Below, piece by piece: positions 45,107 through 55,805 of a DNA stretch of 64,000 nt (positions within the stretch are counted from its first letter, which is position 1; every line of letters begins with the position of its first letter). A program made the translations under genes and the position numbers. The stretch lies in the IMG/VR virus record IMGVR_UViG_3300027969_002881, positions 1-64,000 of that record; one strand, given 5' to 3'. Under the pieces are notes generated by a model that saw only the letters and a list, made by a program, of their open reading frames with translations, was not told the origin of the DNA and ran no database searches. This DNA comes from a virus.

Positions 45107-46327
45107 ATGAAACTAGATGTCAGAGACCGTTTAACTAAAGCTCGTGTTAAGATGCTACTAAAGCATCCGTTTTGGGGTAACTTAGCTACCCGCATGAAGA
45201 TTGTAGAAGCAGGAGACTGGTGCAAGACTGCCGCAACAGATGGTCGCCACTTTTACTACTGTGAAGAATTTATTAACAGCCTAGACGATGATGAACTAGT
45301 GTTCCTGTTTGGACACGAAGTCGGACATTGCGTTTATAACCACATGGGACGTCGCGGAGAACGAGACCCTGCTTTGTGGAACATGGCCGGTGACTATCTT
45401 ATTAACGACATGCTTATCACAAATAATGTAGGTAAGAAGATTACTAAGGTGCCAATCCTATGGGATCCTAAGTACCGCGACATGACCGCAGAAGAAGTCT
45501 ATGACGAGCTGTTTAAGAACGCTGTTAAGATCCAAGTTACTTTGGACATGCACATGGACGGTACTGGAGAAGAAGGCGAAGGCGACGCTGATGGTAACGG
45601 CAAGAAAAAAGGTATAGGCAGTGACGGCAAGAGTGGCAGCTCGGGTATCAAAATTGATGACGAGACAATGAAGAAGATCCGAGATGAGGTCAAGGAAGCT
45701 GTTCTTCAAAGTGCTCAAGCCGCAGGCGCTGGTAACACTCCGGTAGGCATTAAACGCCTTATCCAACAATTTACTGCTCCTAAAATGCGTTGGCAGGATC
45801 TGTTACAGATCCAATTAGAGTCTAGCTTAAAGAATAATTATAGTTTTACACGACCAAGTCGCAAGGGCTGGCATACTGGCGCGGTACTGCCAGGTATGTT
45901 GCCAGCAGAACATTTGGATGTTGCTATTGCCATTGACATGTCGGGTAGTATTAGTGCAGAGATGGCACAGGACTTTTTGTCAGAAGTTAAGGGCATGATG
46001 GATATGTACACAACTTACAGTATCCACGTATTTTGCTTTGACACAGAAGTGTACAATCCTGTAACATTTACAGACGACAGTGGAGAAGACATTTACGAAT
46101 ATGAACCACAAGGTGGTGGTGGTACAGACTTTGACTGTGCGTTTAGGTACATGAAAGATAATGACATTAACCCTAAACAATTTGTAATGTTTACAGATGG
46201 ATATCCGTTTAACAGCTGGGGTGATGAAAACTACTGTGACACAATCTTCATTATACATGGTAATGACCAAATTGAAGCACCATTTGGTGTCACTGCTCAC
46301 TATGAATTAGACAGGGCTACAGCATAA
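45107..46327 (+). CDS. Putative metallopeptidase + VWA domain protein (DUF2201-like), MoxR partner
   Basis: TAATDG, HEVGH (HExxH), IDMSGS (MIDAS), GGGGTDF, FTDG. Confidence 0.85.
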   Translation: MKLDVRDRLTKARVKMLLKHPFWGNLATRMKIVEAGDWCKTAATDGRHFYYCEEFINSLDDDELVFLFGHEVGHCVYNHMGRRGERDPALWNMAGDYLINDMLITNNVGKKITKVPILWDPKYRDMTAEEVYDELFKNAVKIQVTLDMHMDGTGEEGEGDADGNGKKKGIGSDGKSGSSGIKIDDETMKKIRDEVKEAVLQSAQAAGAGNTPVGIKRLIQQFTAPKMRWQDLLQIQLESSLKNNYSFTRPSRKGWHTGAVLPGMLPAEHLDVAIAIDMSGSISAEMAQDFLSEVKGMMDMYTTYSIHVFCFDTEVYNPVTFTDDSGEDIYEYEPQGGGGTDFDCAFRYMKDNDINPKQFVMFTDGYPFNSWGDENYCDTIFIIHGNDQIEAPFGVTAHYELDRATA

Positions 46328-46341
46328 AAAACTTAGTTTTT

Positions 46342-46367
46342 ATAGACCTTTCGGGGTCTATTTTTTT
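46342..46367 (+). terminator. Rho-independent terminator with UUCG tetraloop
   Basis: ATAGACCT-TTCG-GGGTCTAT followed by a T run. Confidence 0.85.
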
Positions 46368-46414
46368 GACTTTATAATTTAATTAGTGTATAATAAGACT
46401 ATGTACTATAAATA
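46366..46414 (+). promoter_or_regulatory. sigma70 promoter (46366-46394) followed by T4 late consensus TATAAATA (46407-46414)
   Basis: TTGACT-17-TATAAT, then an exact TATAAATA. Confidence 0.7.
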
Positions 46415-46445
46415 TTTATGGTATATTATATAGGAGTTACCGAAC

Positions 46446-46679
46446 ATGAACATTCAAGATTTATCTATTTTACTTGCAGCCGTTGAGTTGGCTGTCAAGC
46501 GTGGCACATTCAGCATTTTTGAAATTGGTGCTGTTGGCCAAACTGCGGACAAACTAGCCGCTTTCCTTAAGGATGCTAACGAGCAAGCCGAAGCTGCCAA
46601 AGCTGCCGCTGAACAAGCTAGTGCCGAAGGTCAAGCACCTGCTGAAGCCGCTCCAGAAGCCCCGGCCGAGCAAGCCTAA
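46446..46679 (+). CDS. Hypothetical protein
   Basis: SD AGGAG; Ala/Glu/Pro-rich tail. Confidence 0.75.
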   Translation: MNIQDLSILLAAVELAVKRGTFSIFEIGAVGQTADKLAAFLKDANEQAEAAKAAAEQASAEGQAPAEAAPEAPAEQA

Positions 46680-46692
46680 TTAGGAGATTACT

Positions 46693-47298
46693 ATGCCCGA
46701 ATTTATCAAGCATGTTGGGCAGGTAAACAGCACAGGCAAGAAGTGTGTTGTAGTGTTCAGGGAAATCCCTGGCGCTACTGATTCTTGCCTTGTTGTTGAA
46801 ACTGAAACATTGCCACAATTATATCATGATGATGTGATCTCTGCTATCGAAAGTGCGGCGGCGCAAGAAGATATGGATTTCTTCAAGTATGCCACACGCA
46901 GTACTCTTCATGATGGTAGAAATATGCTGGAAGCCATGCACCTAAGTGGTTGGATGAAAAAACTTCCCACCAGTGAAGTCACTATGATGCCCACAAGAGA
47001 AATTAAGATTAGTTTACATGATCTTAATAAACAATTATCATCTTTAAACAAGGACAGTAAATCGACAAGTGGAGATATTTCTGCTGATGAGGGAACAAGC
47101 ACTCCAGCTGGTGTACTTGACGATACAAAAATTGCCAATCAAATGCGTAGTCAAGCGTCATTCTTTCACAAAGAATCACAGCGATTATTAGCTGAAGCTG
47201 AAGCACTTGATCCAAGTAAAACTAAAACTACTGTTAAAGAATCTGTTACCGCAGATCCAGAGGTTAAAGTTAAAAGAAAATATACTAAAAAAAAGTAA
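46693..47298 (+). CDS. Hypothetical protein
   Basis: SD AGGAG. Confidence 0.75.
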   Translation: MPEFIKHVGQVNSTGKKCVVVFREIPGATDSCLVVETETLPQLYHDDVISAIESAAAQEDMDFFKYATRSTLHDGRNMLEAMHLSGWMKKLPTSEVTMMPTREIKISLHDLNKQLSSLNKDSKSTSGDISADEGTSTPAGVLDDTKIANQMRSQASFFHKESQRLLAEAEALDPSKTKTTVKESVTADPEVKVKRKYTKKK

Positions 47299-47314
47299 TT
47301 AAGGAACCCACGAC

Positions 47315-47632
47315 ATGGCAATTAGGAGAAAGGATCGAAGTTTTGAAGAGATCCTTAAAGATGTGGTCATGGAAGAAGTTCCAATAGAATACATCACACA
47401 CATTCAACTAAAATTGAATGATGGGAATACTTTAGAATTTAGTCAAGAAGAACTATCGGGCATGAAAGATGCCAGAGAAGTTTTAAAGGCACAGGGACTT
47501 GAACATTTAAAAGAACAGGTACAAGACATTGAAGTTTTTATTGACAGTGCTAAAATCAAAGGCAAAGTTATTCAATATGTAAGAACTTTATTAACTAGCC
47601 AATTTGGCGATGAAAATGACACTAAGAACTGA
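47315..47632 (+). CDS. Hypothetical protein
   Basis: ORF from the track. Confidence 0.7.
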   Translation: MAIRRKDRSFEEILKDVVMEEVPIEYITHIQLKLNDGNTLEFSQEELSGMKDAREVLKAQGLEHLKEQVQDIEVFIDSAKIKGKVIQYVRTLLTSQFGDENDTKN

Positions 47633-48500
47633 AATTGATTTTGAAAAAGATACGAACTATGTTCCAGTATTGGATCATGGTTTTGTAGGTCTTGTTGACC
47701 ATATGGGCAGTGATAACGCTATTGTTCAGGCTGCTCGTGTTAGCTATGGTGCTGGCACAAAACAAGTTCAAGACGATAGAAACCTAATCCGTTATCTAAT
47801 GCGTCATGAACACACAACACCATTTGAGATGTGCGAAGTAAAGTTTCACATTAAACTTCCTATCTTCGTTATGCGACAACTTGTACGGCATCGTACTGCC
47901 AGCATGAACGAATATAGTGCTCGTTATAGTGTGCTTACAGATGAGTTTTACATTCCCGAACTAGAACAAATCCAAAAGCAAAGCACAACTAACAAGCAGG
48001 GTCGTGAAGATGCTGAATGGGGCTTTGAAGAAAAACGCGGTGTACAACATGCCTTCCAACGTAGCTTTCATAATGCTTATAAAGAATATGCAAGTTTGCT
48101 AGGAAAAGAAGACTCTGGACTGGCTCGTGAGTTGGCTAGAAGTGTGCTTCCAGTAGGCGGATATACAGAATTGTATTGGAAAGCCAACTTGAAGAACTTC
48201 TTACACATGGCTCGCTTGCGTATGGATCCACACGCACAATGGGAAATCCGAGAGTTTGCAGGTGCTATGTATGACTTGGTTAAACCTTTGTTTCCTGAAG
48301 CCTGTTCGGCATTTGAAGACTACGCTGTTAATACTGTCAAGTTCAGTGCCGGAGAGTATGACTTATTAAAGAATTTAATCAGCTACGAAAAATGGATTAC
48401 ATTAATTGAAAAATACGGTAATGACGAAAAAGCCCTGGGACAAGACGCAGGGCTTGGTGTTCGTGAACTAAAAGAATTTAAAGAAAAATTAGGTTTGTAA
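47610..48500 (+). CDS. thyX: Flavin-dependent thymidylate synthase
   Basis: AARVSY, HTTPFE, RHRTASMNEYSARY (ThyX motif), ARSVLP, HAQWEIR. Confidence 0.95.
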   Translation: MKMTLRTEIDFEKDTNYVPVLDHGFVGLVDHMGSDNAIVQAARVSYGAGTKQVQDDRNLIRYLMRHEHTTPFEMCEVKFHIKLPIFVMRQLVRHRTASMNEYSARYSVLTDEFYIPELEQIQKQSTTNKQGREDAEWGFEEKRGVQHAFQRSFHNAYKEYASLLGKEDSGLARELARSVLPVGGYTELYWKANLKNFLHMARLRMDPHAQWEIREFAGAMYDLVKPLFPEACSAFEDYAVNTVKFSAGEYDLLKNLISYEKWITLIEKYGNDEKALGQDAGLGVRELKEFKEKLGL

Positions 48501-49043
48501 CGGATCAATACTTATCTCATTTATGTGCAGATAAGCTGGTTGTTCAGTTAACCATTTAATATAATTGGCGGCATCCTGAATTGTAATTGTTTTACGTCCA
48601 GGATGTTTCTCTTGCATGTTACTTAAAGTACCGAAGCTAATATAGCTTACTCTAGGTCCTTCATTCCATACTCCGTTAAGACATAGACTATTACAATAGT
48701 CACGCAATGCTTTCTTTTCCGCATTGTATAACCAATCTGTGGCTTTCATTACTCTATCAGTTGTACTACCAATAGCAATAATATGAGTTTTCTTTCCTAA
48801 TGCTTTTAACTTTTTGTACGTTGCTTCAAGTAATAGTGTTTGATTAAACTTCCACAATGCGCTACATAATATAACAACATCATATTCATGCGCTGATTCA
48901 GAAAACCTCTGTTGCTGTTCTGCTTTGGTTAAATCATAACCACAGCTTCTACTTATAAAGGTAACGTCGTGTTCTGCTAGAGATTCTTTTAATCCTTCTG
49001 CTAGACCATAATTGCTATTGCCTGCTATTAATATTTTTTTCAT
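48489..49043 (-). CDS. Short-chain dehydrogenase/reductase-like protein
   Basis: ILIAGNSNYGLA and YNAEK (YxxxK). Confidence 0.65.
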   Translation of the reverse strand: MKKILIAGNSNYGLAEGLKESLAEHDVTFISRSCGYDLTKAEQQQRFSESAHEYDVVILCSALWKFNQTLLLEATYKKLKALGKKTHIIAIGSTTDRVMKATDWLYNAEKKALRDYCNSLCLNGVWNEGPRVSYISFGTLSNMQEKHPGRKTITIQDAANYIKWLTEQPAYLHINEISIDPLQT

Positions 49044-49753
49044 AATTCTTTCATTTTTTCCATATCATAATATAAATTAGGATCTTCATCCGGACAAGGA
49101 TTAAAATCACTTCTATTTATTTTAAATTCTTCTCCATTGATGATTCTGGTTAATAACTTAGCAAACACCAAATTATTTTCATCAGTGATGTGATTTTGTA
49201 ATCTAAGTCTTTCTAAATACATACGATTATCTGGAATACCAAAATGCTTTCTTTCTTCAACGTTTACGTAATCAAGAAAGAATTCTAATCCGCTATACTT
49301 CATAATTTCTATGTTCTTAGATTCACCTAATGACGGTAACATAATTAATTTTTTATCATTTTCAATTGATAATTTAACAATTTTTTCTATTAACGCTATA
49401 TGAACAAAATTGTCGAATTTAGAATCTTGTAAATGCAAATAATATTGTATCGCCGCTTTAAATAATTCTTGTTCTTTATGCTGATACGGCTCGCAAGTTT
49501 TCAATCTATATTCTACCGAAGAGAGATTTGGAATTGCTTCTTCGTGGTATAGTCTACCTGGGGCAGTGACTAAAAATACTATAATATCAAAGTTCTTATA
49601 ATTTTCTATAAATTTTAAATAAGAATAAAATAAACTTGTTCCTCTTCTGGCAAAATTTTCAACTTGACATCTGTTCATTGTAGATAGCAATGAACCCCAA
49701 CTTGTTAGACCAGTGCTGGCGGCATAGCTATCACCAAATATTGCTATTTTCAT
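49040..49753 (-). CDS. SGNH/GDSL-like hypothetical protein
   Basis: N-terminal IFGDSY. Confidence 0.5.
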   Translation of the reverse strand: MKIAIFGDSYAASTGLTSWGSLLSTMNRCQVENFARRGTSLFYSYLKFIENYKNFDIIVFLVTAPGRLYHEEAIPNLSSVEYRLKTCEPYQHKEQELFKAAIQYYLHLQDSKFDNFVHIALIEKIVKLSIENDKKLIMLPSLGESKNIEIMKYSGLEFFLDYVNVEERKHFGIPDNRMYLERLRLQNHITDENNLVFAKLLTRIINGEEFKINRSDFNPCPDEDPNLYYDMEKMKEL

Positions 49754-51063
49754 TTAAACAATCTTGTATATTCAGGTACAATGTCTAGTATGCTATGCCC
49801 ACGTGCATGATCTAGGTAGTTGGTAAACTTAACAAACTCTGGAAGTTTATCGCTAAAGTCTGCACCCAACATGTATTTTGTAATACTGTTTAAAATATTT
49901 TCTGCGTTCTTAGCAATATCTTCTGGATATTCTGCGTTGAACTCAGTGATACATTTAGCATAGTATTCAACAATCTGTTGTTTCATATCAGCAGGTAATA
50001 CACGCACATTAACACGCTTTGGGCCGTGAGCTACATGATGTGTAATGATGGGACGCTTCTTTGTGCTGTTAATCTTAGTAAATCCGCTACTGTTTAACTT
50101 CCACTTCATAAAACGTGGTATGTGCCAAATATTATATGCTGTTACTGTACAAGCCAACCAAGCAAGTATGTTTGGATTCTTTTCTGCGTATTCATCTAAC
50201 TTTTGTAAATTCTTGTATGCTTGATTCCACTTTAATGGCCAACGCTGATATTCAACTGTTTCGCCCATGCCATCCATACTGGCACCAACACGAACTTGCT
50301 TAAACTGTGTCCACATATCTAATACACGGTTGGGCAAGTTACTCATATTGGTATTGTATTCAATAATCATCTTCTTACTATGACCTGCATCAATACATTT
50401 TTGTAGAAACTCGTAGTGACGTTCGATCATCATAGGCTCACCGCCTGCCATATAAACGTGCTTGATGTTTGGAATGTTTGCTTCTATCTGTGTCCAGAAA
50501 CTTTCACTGTTATGCCAGTCATAGTCTGTAGTAGACAATCTACCATTATCATTACGAGCTAATTTAACTGTTCCATGCGTATCTTTGTATTCATCACTGC
50601 CATGATATTCAGTCCATTGCTCGTACCAAGTATGACTATCAGTAGGGCCACACATGCGGCAAGCAAGATTACATAAGTTACCAAAACGCAGATCGTAGTA
50701 TTCTAAGTTTCTGTCTTTGATACTACCATCTTCTTCTGTGATATAACGAGCATCATCGATGTTAAACTTCCAGTTTTCTAATTCATATTGTCTGCGACTA
50801 TTAAGACCACTAGCTTCTTCTTGTTGACAACGTCCGCACTCTTGACTCCACTCACCTACTAACATGTTCTTGCGAACTTCTTTCATTAGTGTAGCATTAC
50901 GGGCAGTTTCCATATTGTCTCTACCAGCATTATACGGAGTTCCATCTTCGTGTCTAACAACACCTTGGTTATCCGTTACATTGGCTTGACAACAAACTCG
51001 AATGTCTCCATTATTGCGAACAGCCTGGAAGTTCCAAGGTATCGGGCAAAATGTATTACTCAT
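49750..51063 (-). CDS. Radical SAM protein with N-terminal twitch/SPASM-like Fe-S motif
   Basis: FCPIPW...VCC...CGRC, CNLACRMC, GGEP. Confidence 0.9.
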   Translation of the reverse strand: MSNTFCPIPWNFQAVRNNGDIRVCCQANVTDNQGVVRHEDGTPYNAGRDNMETARNATLMKEVRKNMLVGEWSQECGRCQQEEASGLNSRRQYELENWKFNIDDARYITEEDGSIKDRNLEYYDLRFGNLCNLACRMCGPTDSHTWYEQWTEYHGSDEYKDTHGTVKLARNDNGRLSTTDYDWHNSESFWTQIEANIPNIKHVYMAGGEPMMIERHYEFLQKCIDAGHSKKMIIEYNTNMSNLPNRVLDMWTQFKQVRVGASMDGMGETVEYQRWPLKWNQAYKNLQKLDEYAEKNPNILAWLACTVTAYNIWHIPRFMKWKLNSSGFTKINSTKKRPIITHHVAHGPKRVNVRVLPADMKQQIVEYYAKCITEFNAEYPEDIAKNAENILNSITKYMLGADFSDKLPEFVKFTNYLDHARGHSILDIVPEYTRLFK

Positions 51064-52444
51064 TGATTCTTCCTTTATATTCTATTATATCCTCGAATTG
51101 TTTCCATAAGTCAGGTAAGTCTGTTCTAATATCTTGTCTTCTAATCTTGTCAAGATCCACCGTGTATTGTATAAAAATCGTTATTTGTTCGCTGTTGCAT
51201 TCTTCGTTAATTGAACCAATTACTTTATTATACATAGTATTTAAATCTAATTCAGCTTCATGAATATCTTTTTCGTCAATTACATTTGATTTTAACTCTT
51301 CTAGTAAATTATTTTTATGCGCTAATAATTTTTCTATATGAACTTTTTTAGAAAACAATGGAAATATTAAAGATGGCTTTAAAAACTTAGGATCGTGTAC
51401 AATATTAACCATATAATTTTTACTATCCCACCATGGCTTACCTCTAAATTCTTGTTGTAAACCAAACCACCAATCAATCATAATATGAAAATGCCAAACA
51501 TTATATATACTAACGCATGGAACCCATTTTACTATATATTTTCTTGTTAAAAACGGTCCTTCTCCATTTGCTTCATAATACTTTCCTGTATATTGTTTTT
51601 CTAACTTTAACCATTCACAAACAGACTCATTGACAGTAGACCATTCACTGGGATAACGTATATAGTCATTTACTTTACCTACACCGTCGACACTTAAATT
51701 AATATAAACTTTAAAAAATTGATCTAAACGTGTTAGAACTTTTTCTTTCGGAACCCAACTTGCATTAGTAAAAATGTCTAACGTTATTTGATCAGCCCTG
51801 CCTGACTGTATTAGAATATCTAAGATTTTAATAAAATTTGGATGTAGCATGGGCTCGCCGCCTGTGAACTTAATTTCTTCAATGCTAGAAAAATCTTCTA
51901 TATTCCATTCTTTTTCTATATTATTAATTTTAGTTACTTTTCGTTCTTTGTAATAATTACTTAAAATAGCATCATCATCTTCCCAAGTAGTGCTCAAATC
52001 AGAGCCACATGTTCTGCATTTTAAATTACAATAATTACCCATGGTAATTTCTAAATATCTAATTTCTATAGAATTATCTTCTGGAGATGTTAAATTTTTA
52101 TTGTTACGAGTCCAGTTTTCTTTTTCTCTAAGACTTTTAATTCTCCTACGAGGATTTTTGTAGTTGTTGTTAAATGCAAATTCTTCTTCTTGATAACATT
52201 TTCTGCATCCAGGAACTTTTTTATCCTTTAACATTGTTTCTCGAATTTCTTGCCATTCAGATGAGCCTAATGCAAAAGTAAATGAAGTATTTTCATCGTT
52301 AATATTAAATTTGTCAAATTTATAAGTTTTATCAGGTAATTGATAATCTACATGTTTGGTATCAAATCTGCAACAAGGTTTTATTTGTCCGTTGGGTTTA
52401 GTTTGTGCGTGTATCCATGGCAGGACACAAAAAGTTTTACTCAT
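51056..52444 (-). CDS. Radical SAM protein with N-terminal twitch/SPASM-like motif
   Basis: FCVLPW...PCC...CRKC, CNLKCRTC, GGEP; start likely ATG 52444. Confidence 0.9.
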   Translation of the reverse strand: MSKTFCVLPWIHAQTKPNGQIKPCCRFDTKHVDYQLPDKTYKFDKFNINDENTSFTFALGSSEWQEIRETMLKDKKVPGCRKCYQEEEFAFNNNYKNPRRRIKSLREKENWTRNNKNLTSPEDNSIEIRYLEITMGNYCNLKCRTCGSDLSTTWEDDDAILSNYYKERKVTKINNIEKEWNIEDFSSIEEIKFTGGEPMLHPNFIKILDILIQSGRADQITLDIFTNASWVPKEKVLTRLDQFFKVYINLSVDGVGKVNDYIRYPSEWSTVNESVCEWLKLEKQYTGKYYEANGEGPFLTRKYIVKWVPCVSIYNVWHFHIMIDWWFGLQQEFRGKPWWDSKNYMVNIVHDPKFLKPSLIFPLFSKKVHIEKLLAHKNNLLEELKSNVIDEKDIHEAELDLNTMYNKVIGSINEECNSEQITIFIQYTVDLDKIRRQDIRTDLPDLWKQFEDIIEYKGRINE

Positions 52445-53603
52445 AACTCTTGTCCCCAGGGAACAATGGCAACTTGGTGCCTGGCGCACGTTTTGGTATC
52501 TTACTGTCGGCACTACTCACACAACTTGTTCCACCGCAGGGCATAGGCTTGTCGTACAACTTAAAGCCTGTTTCAATATGCCCTAATGGCACTTCGCTAC
52601 AGCTATAACTACGCTTTACGGTGCCATCTGGCTCACGAATAATAATACTGCGATAGCCACTGCTACATTCCCAGCCGTGAAAGTTGTTAAAGTTAAACGC
52701 ATTAAAACGTTCTGCTTGGTCCATGAACCAGGGATTGCCATCTTTATCTACAAATTCAATTTGATAATGCGGATCAATATCCACTTGTTTCTTACGCTGA
52801 GTATCTGCTTTGTCAATCATAAATGTTGGCTTTGGGCGTTTGACTAGTCCAGACTTTAATGCCTTTTCTTCTGTGTAAGCACGTTGTGGCATACCATTGT
52901 GTAACTTAGCCAACATCTCAGGTGTATACCCATCTACTACTCTGCTTGCGGTTGGATCGCTTTGTGGCTTGAGTGTTACGTTAATACCTCGGTTATGAAA
53001 GTATAAACTTAGATCATATATCTCATTAAACTGCTCCGGAACCATGACCATGTTGATAGTTATCTGTGTGTCGTATTCTTGGCATAAGACTAGTTTGTCA
53101 GCAAACTCTTCTACCTTCTTATCTGTATCAACGTGTTCACGATGGCAACTTGCTGTGATGCTAGCACGGTGGAAGTTCTTAACTGCTGGAACATATTGTT
53201 CTTCAAACCATTTAAGAGGGCGACTCATATTACTGGTCATGTGTACGCTGGTATAGTTTGTATTGGCAGCATCATCATTTAAATGATTAAGGATATCAAT
53301 GTAAGCAGGATGGAATGTAGGCTCGCCGCCACTTAGACTAAAGTGGAAACTATTAAATCCGTTTTCTCTTGATTGACGTTTAATCTCATCTACTGTGTGT
53401 AGCATTAGTGGAGTAGGACGATGATCCTTTGTATCACTGCGAGCATAGGGCCAGCAATAGCTACAACGATAGTTACAGTAGCGTCCTAAGAGCCAAGATA
53501 CAGTAAACATATCGCGGTATAGCATTGTTCTCTGTCCAACTCTAACTAAGTCACTGTAAGGTATCTTAGTAAAGTCGTATTCACTGGTTTTTAAATCACT
53601 CAT
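52437..53603 (-). CDS. Radical SAM protein with C-terminal Cys cluster
   Basis: CNYRCSYC, GGEPT, C-terminal CSSG...SYSC...CGGTSC. Confidence 0.9.
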   Translation of the reverse strand: MSDLKTSEYDFTKIPYSDLVRVGQRTMLYRDMFTVSWLLGRYCNYRCSYCWPYARSDTKDHRPTPLMLHTVDEIKRQSRENGFNSFHFSLSGGEPTFHPAYIDILNHLNDDAANTNYTSVHMTSNMSRPLKWFEEQYVPAVKNFHRASITASCHREHVDTDKKVEEFADKLVLCQEYDTQITINMVMVPEQFNEIYDLSLYFHNRGINVTLKPQSDPTASRVVDGYTPEMLAKLHNGMPQRAYTEEKALKSGLVKRPKPTFMIDKADTQRKKQVDIDPHYQIEFVDKDGNPWFMDQAERFNAFNFNNFHGWECSSGYRSIIIREPDGTVKRSYSCSEVPLGHIETGFKLYDKPMPCGGTSCVSSADSKIPKRAPGTKLPLFPGDKSYE

Positions 53604-53829
53604 TTTGTTCGTATATAAATTTTATTTCTTTACCTGGTCCGACTTCACTGGGCAAGCCGCCATATTCTTTTACATACCAAGTTATAGCAGCCTTGTACCA
53701 TCCGGTACTATCGTGTCTGCTTTCCTTGTTAAACTTGTATATGTTATCGTTAGTAGCTTCCATACTACTGATAATTCTGGCAGCTTCTAATTGTAGCATT
53801 CTTAAAGGCATATTGTCAATATCAATCAT
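53596..53829 (-). CDS. Small hypothetical protein between radical SAM genes
   Basis: 77 aa, coupled to neighbours on both sides. Confidence 0.7.
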   Translation of the reverse strand: MIDIDNMPLRMLQLEAARIISSMEATNDNIYKFNKESRHDSTGWYKAAITWYVKEYGGLPSEVGPGKEIKFIYEQNE

Positions 53830-55031
53830 AGGTCTAAATTATTCATCAATCTAATTAATTTGTCAGTTTTCTTTACTGCTTGTTTACGCACCAAAAAATC
53901 TTCGGCTATTTGTTTGTAATCAGGATTATATGCTGCCGCTAGTCGTTGCTTCATTGTGTCGATGAATGTTATAAAATTCTCTTTGAAAACATGTTTGGTA
54001 TTACCTGCTTCTTTTAGTATAGCCTGTTCTGCCAGTTCTATATATTTAATATATTCTATCGGCAAATGTGAGATATCCATTTCATCTGGCCAACTGACAA
54101 AGTTACCGTACCATGTGAATTCTTTTTCTGGAGCATATAATTTGAATTGTTCGTAGACCCATGTAATATACAAGTGAAAACTTTTCAAATTAAAAATATT
54201 AATAGTGGGGCTCATTACAATTAATTCAGTTTTGGGATGTTGAATATATCTTTTAAAGTTTTCTCCGAAACGTTGCCAATCTAAACCATGGCGAAGACCT
54301 TCAGCATCTTCGCCAAACGCTTCATTACTAACTCCGATACCCCATGTTAGTTTACTGGTATCCATTCTAGTAATAACTTTGTCCATTAAGAATTTTTTAC
54401 TATTAGCATTAGTACATATTTCAAGTCTAATCTTTTTATCAGTTAATTTAGCTACATCTTCAATGTAATCTACCAACTCATAGAAACGTTCACTGGCTGT
54501 GGGTTCGCCACCTAAAAAGATAAAAATCAATTGAGTAGCAGTGACATCTTCTCGTAATATATAATTTTTAATCCAAGACTTGAAAATAATATAATCATCT
54601 TCTTTTGTAGAATCCCTAACAGGCAATCCTTCCTCTTGAGCAATTTTACTACTGCTATTTGGACTACAATATAGGCAAGCCAAATCACATGTACTATCTG
54701 TTTTAATTTCTATATAATGAACAAACTTATCATCGTCATTGACTTTGATTTGATTGTCTTTGAGAAAAATATTATCCCATCTATTGGCCCAATCTCTGTA
54801 TGCCGAGTTTCCTTTAGTATAGTCATCCCAACATGCATTACAATCACTGTGCGCGATGTTCTCCAAGCTTTGCTGCCTGCGCTCTTTAATTACATCACTT
54901 AGACTAATAAATTGTTCTGTTAATTTTTCTGGAAAACTATGTCCTTTTGCTTTACAGCAATGGCGTAGAGTTCTTGATTCGAAATCAATGTTTATATCAG
55001 TCCAGCTTTTGGAGCAGTAAGTTGTATTCAT
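53826..55031 (-). CDS. Radical SAM protein with N-terminal twitch/SPASM-like motif
   Basis: YCSKSW...HCC...CNAC, CDLACLYC, GGEPT. Confidence 0.9.
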   Translation of the reverse strand: MNTTYCSKSWTDINIDFESRTLRHCCKAKGHSFPEKLTEQFISLSDVIKERRQQSLENIAHSDCNACWDDYTKGNSAYRDWANRWDNIFLKDNQIKVNDDDKFVHYIEIKTDSTCDLACLYCSPNSSSKIAQEEGLPVRDSTKEDDYIIFKSWIKNYILREDVTATQLIFIFLGGEPTASERFYELVDYIEDVAKLTDKKIRLEICTNANSKKFLMDKVITRMDTSKLTWGIGVSNEAFGEDAEGLRHGLDWQRFGENFKRYIQHPKTELIVMSPTINIFNLKSFHLYITWVYEQFKLYAPEKEFTWYGNFVSWPDEMDISHLPIEYIKYIELAEQAILKEAGNTKHVFKENFITFIDTMKQRLAAAYNPDYKQIAEDFLVRKQAVKKTDKLIRLMNNLDL

Positions 55032-55034
55032 ATG

Positions 55035-55778
55035 TTATATGTTAACTATCATTGTTTCTTGTTTTTTATTAATAAAGAAACTTTCTTCTCTACCACTGCG
55101 TTTATAATGAGTCTCACCGTCTAAATATTCTTCTTCTATAGACGAATCTATACCAGCATATATATCTAGAATCTTTTGTTCCTTGGGTCCGATACAAACA
55201 GCAACGATTGCTTCAATTGGCTGTGATTTAAAATCGCTGCCAAACTCTTTGGCCAATAAGCTAGTAAATCTATCATTAAATAAAACATCTTCCATACCAC
55301 AGGCAACAAATGCTGTTCCGTATCCCAAATCTTCCGCTGTTAGTTGTGCGTATGTTGCGCTAATCATTGCGTCACGAACTGAGCCTTTGACCATGACATA
55401 ACGATCAGCTTCACTTTTGACTTCACTATAAACTCTGTCGTATACTTCTGTGCCATTGTTTTCTTTAATATCAACCATTTGATGCTCGGGGGCTGGATTA
55501 GTTACGTAAAGTAAAACTAAAGGTGCTTTGGTTTGTAACAGATAAACTTGTTGTCCTTTATCACCTTCACATGAAGTAATGTGATCACACAATTCTAATT
55601 TTAGTTGTTTACCCAAATCTGATTCCGTTAATGCAAAAACTTTGTAACCATAAATTTTGTTTTTACTAGGAGCACGTCTGGCGCTATCCAAAATTGTTTG
55701 TATATCATTTTCATCTATACTATTTTTCATTAAACGAGTAGTATGTCTCGCCTTGATTAATTTATTAACTGTTGACAT
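55035..55778 (-). CDS. Nitroreductase-family flavoprotein
   Basis: LIKARHTTR, ARRAPSKN, LGYGTAF. Confidence 0.75.
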   Translation of the reverse strand: MSTVNKLIKARHTTRLMKNSIDENDIQTILDSARRAPSKNKIYGYKVFALTESDLGKQLKLELCDHITSCEGDKGQQVYLLQTKAPLVLLYVTNPAPEHQMVDIKENNGTEVYDRVYSEVKSEADRYVMVKGSVRDAMISATYAQLTAEDLGYGTAFVACGMEDVLFNDRFTSLLAKEFGSDFKSQPIEAIVAVCIGPKEQKILDIYAGIDSSIEEEYLDGETHYKRSGREESFFINKKQETMIVNI

Positions 55779-55805
55779 TGTGGATCCTTAAATATTAAAT
55801 GCTCT

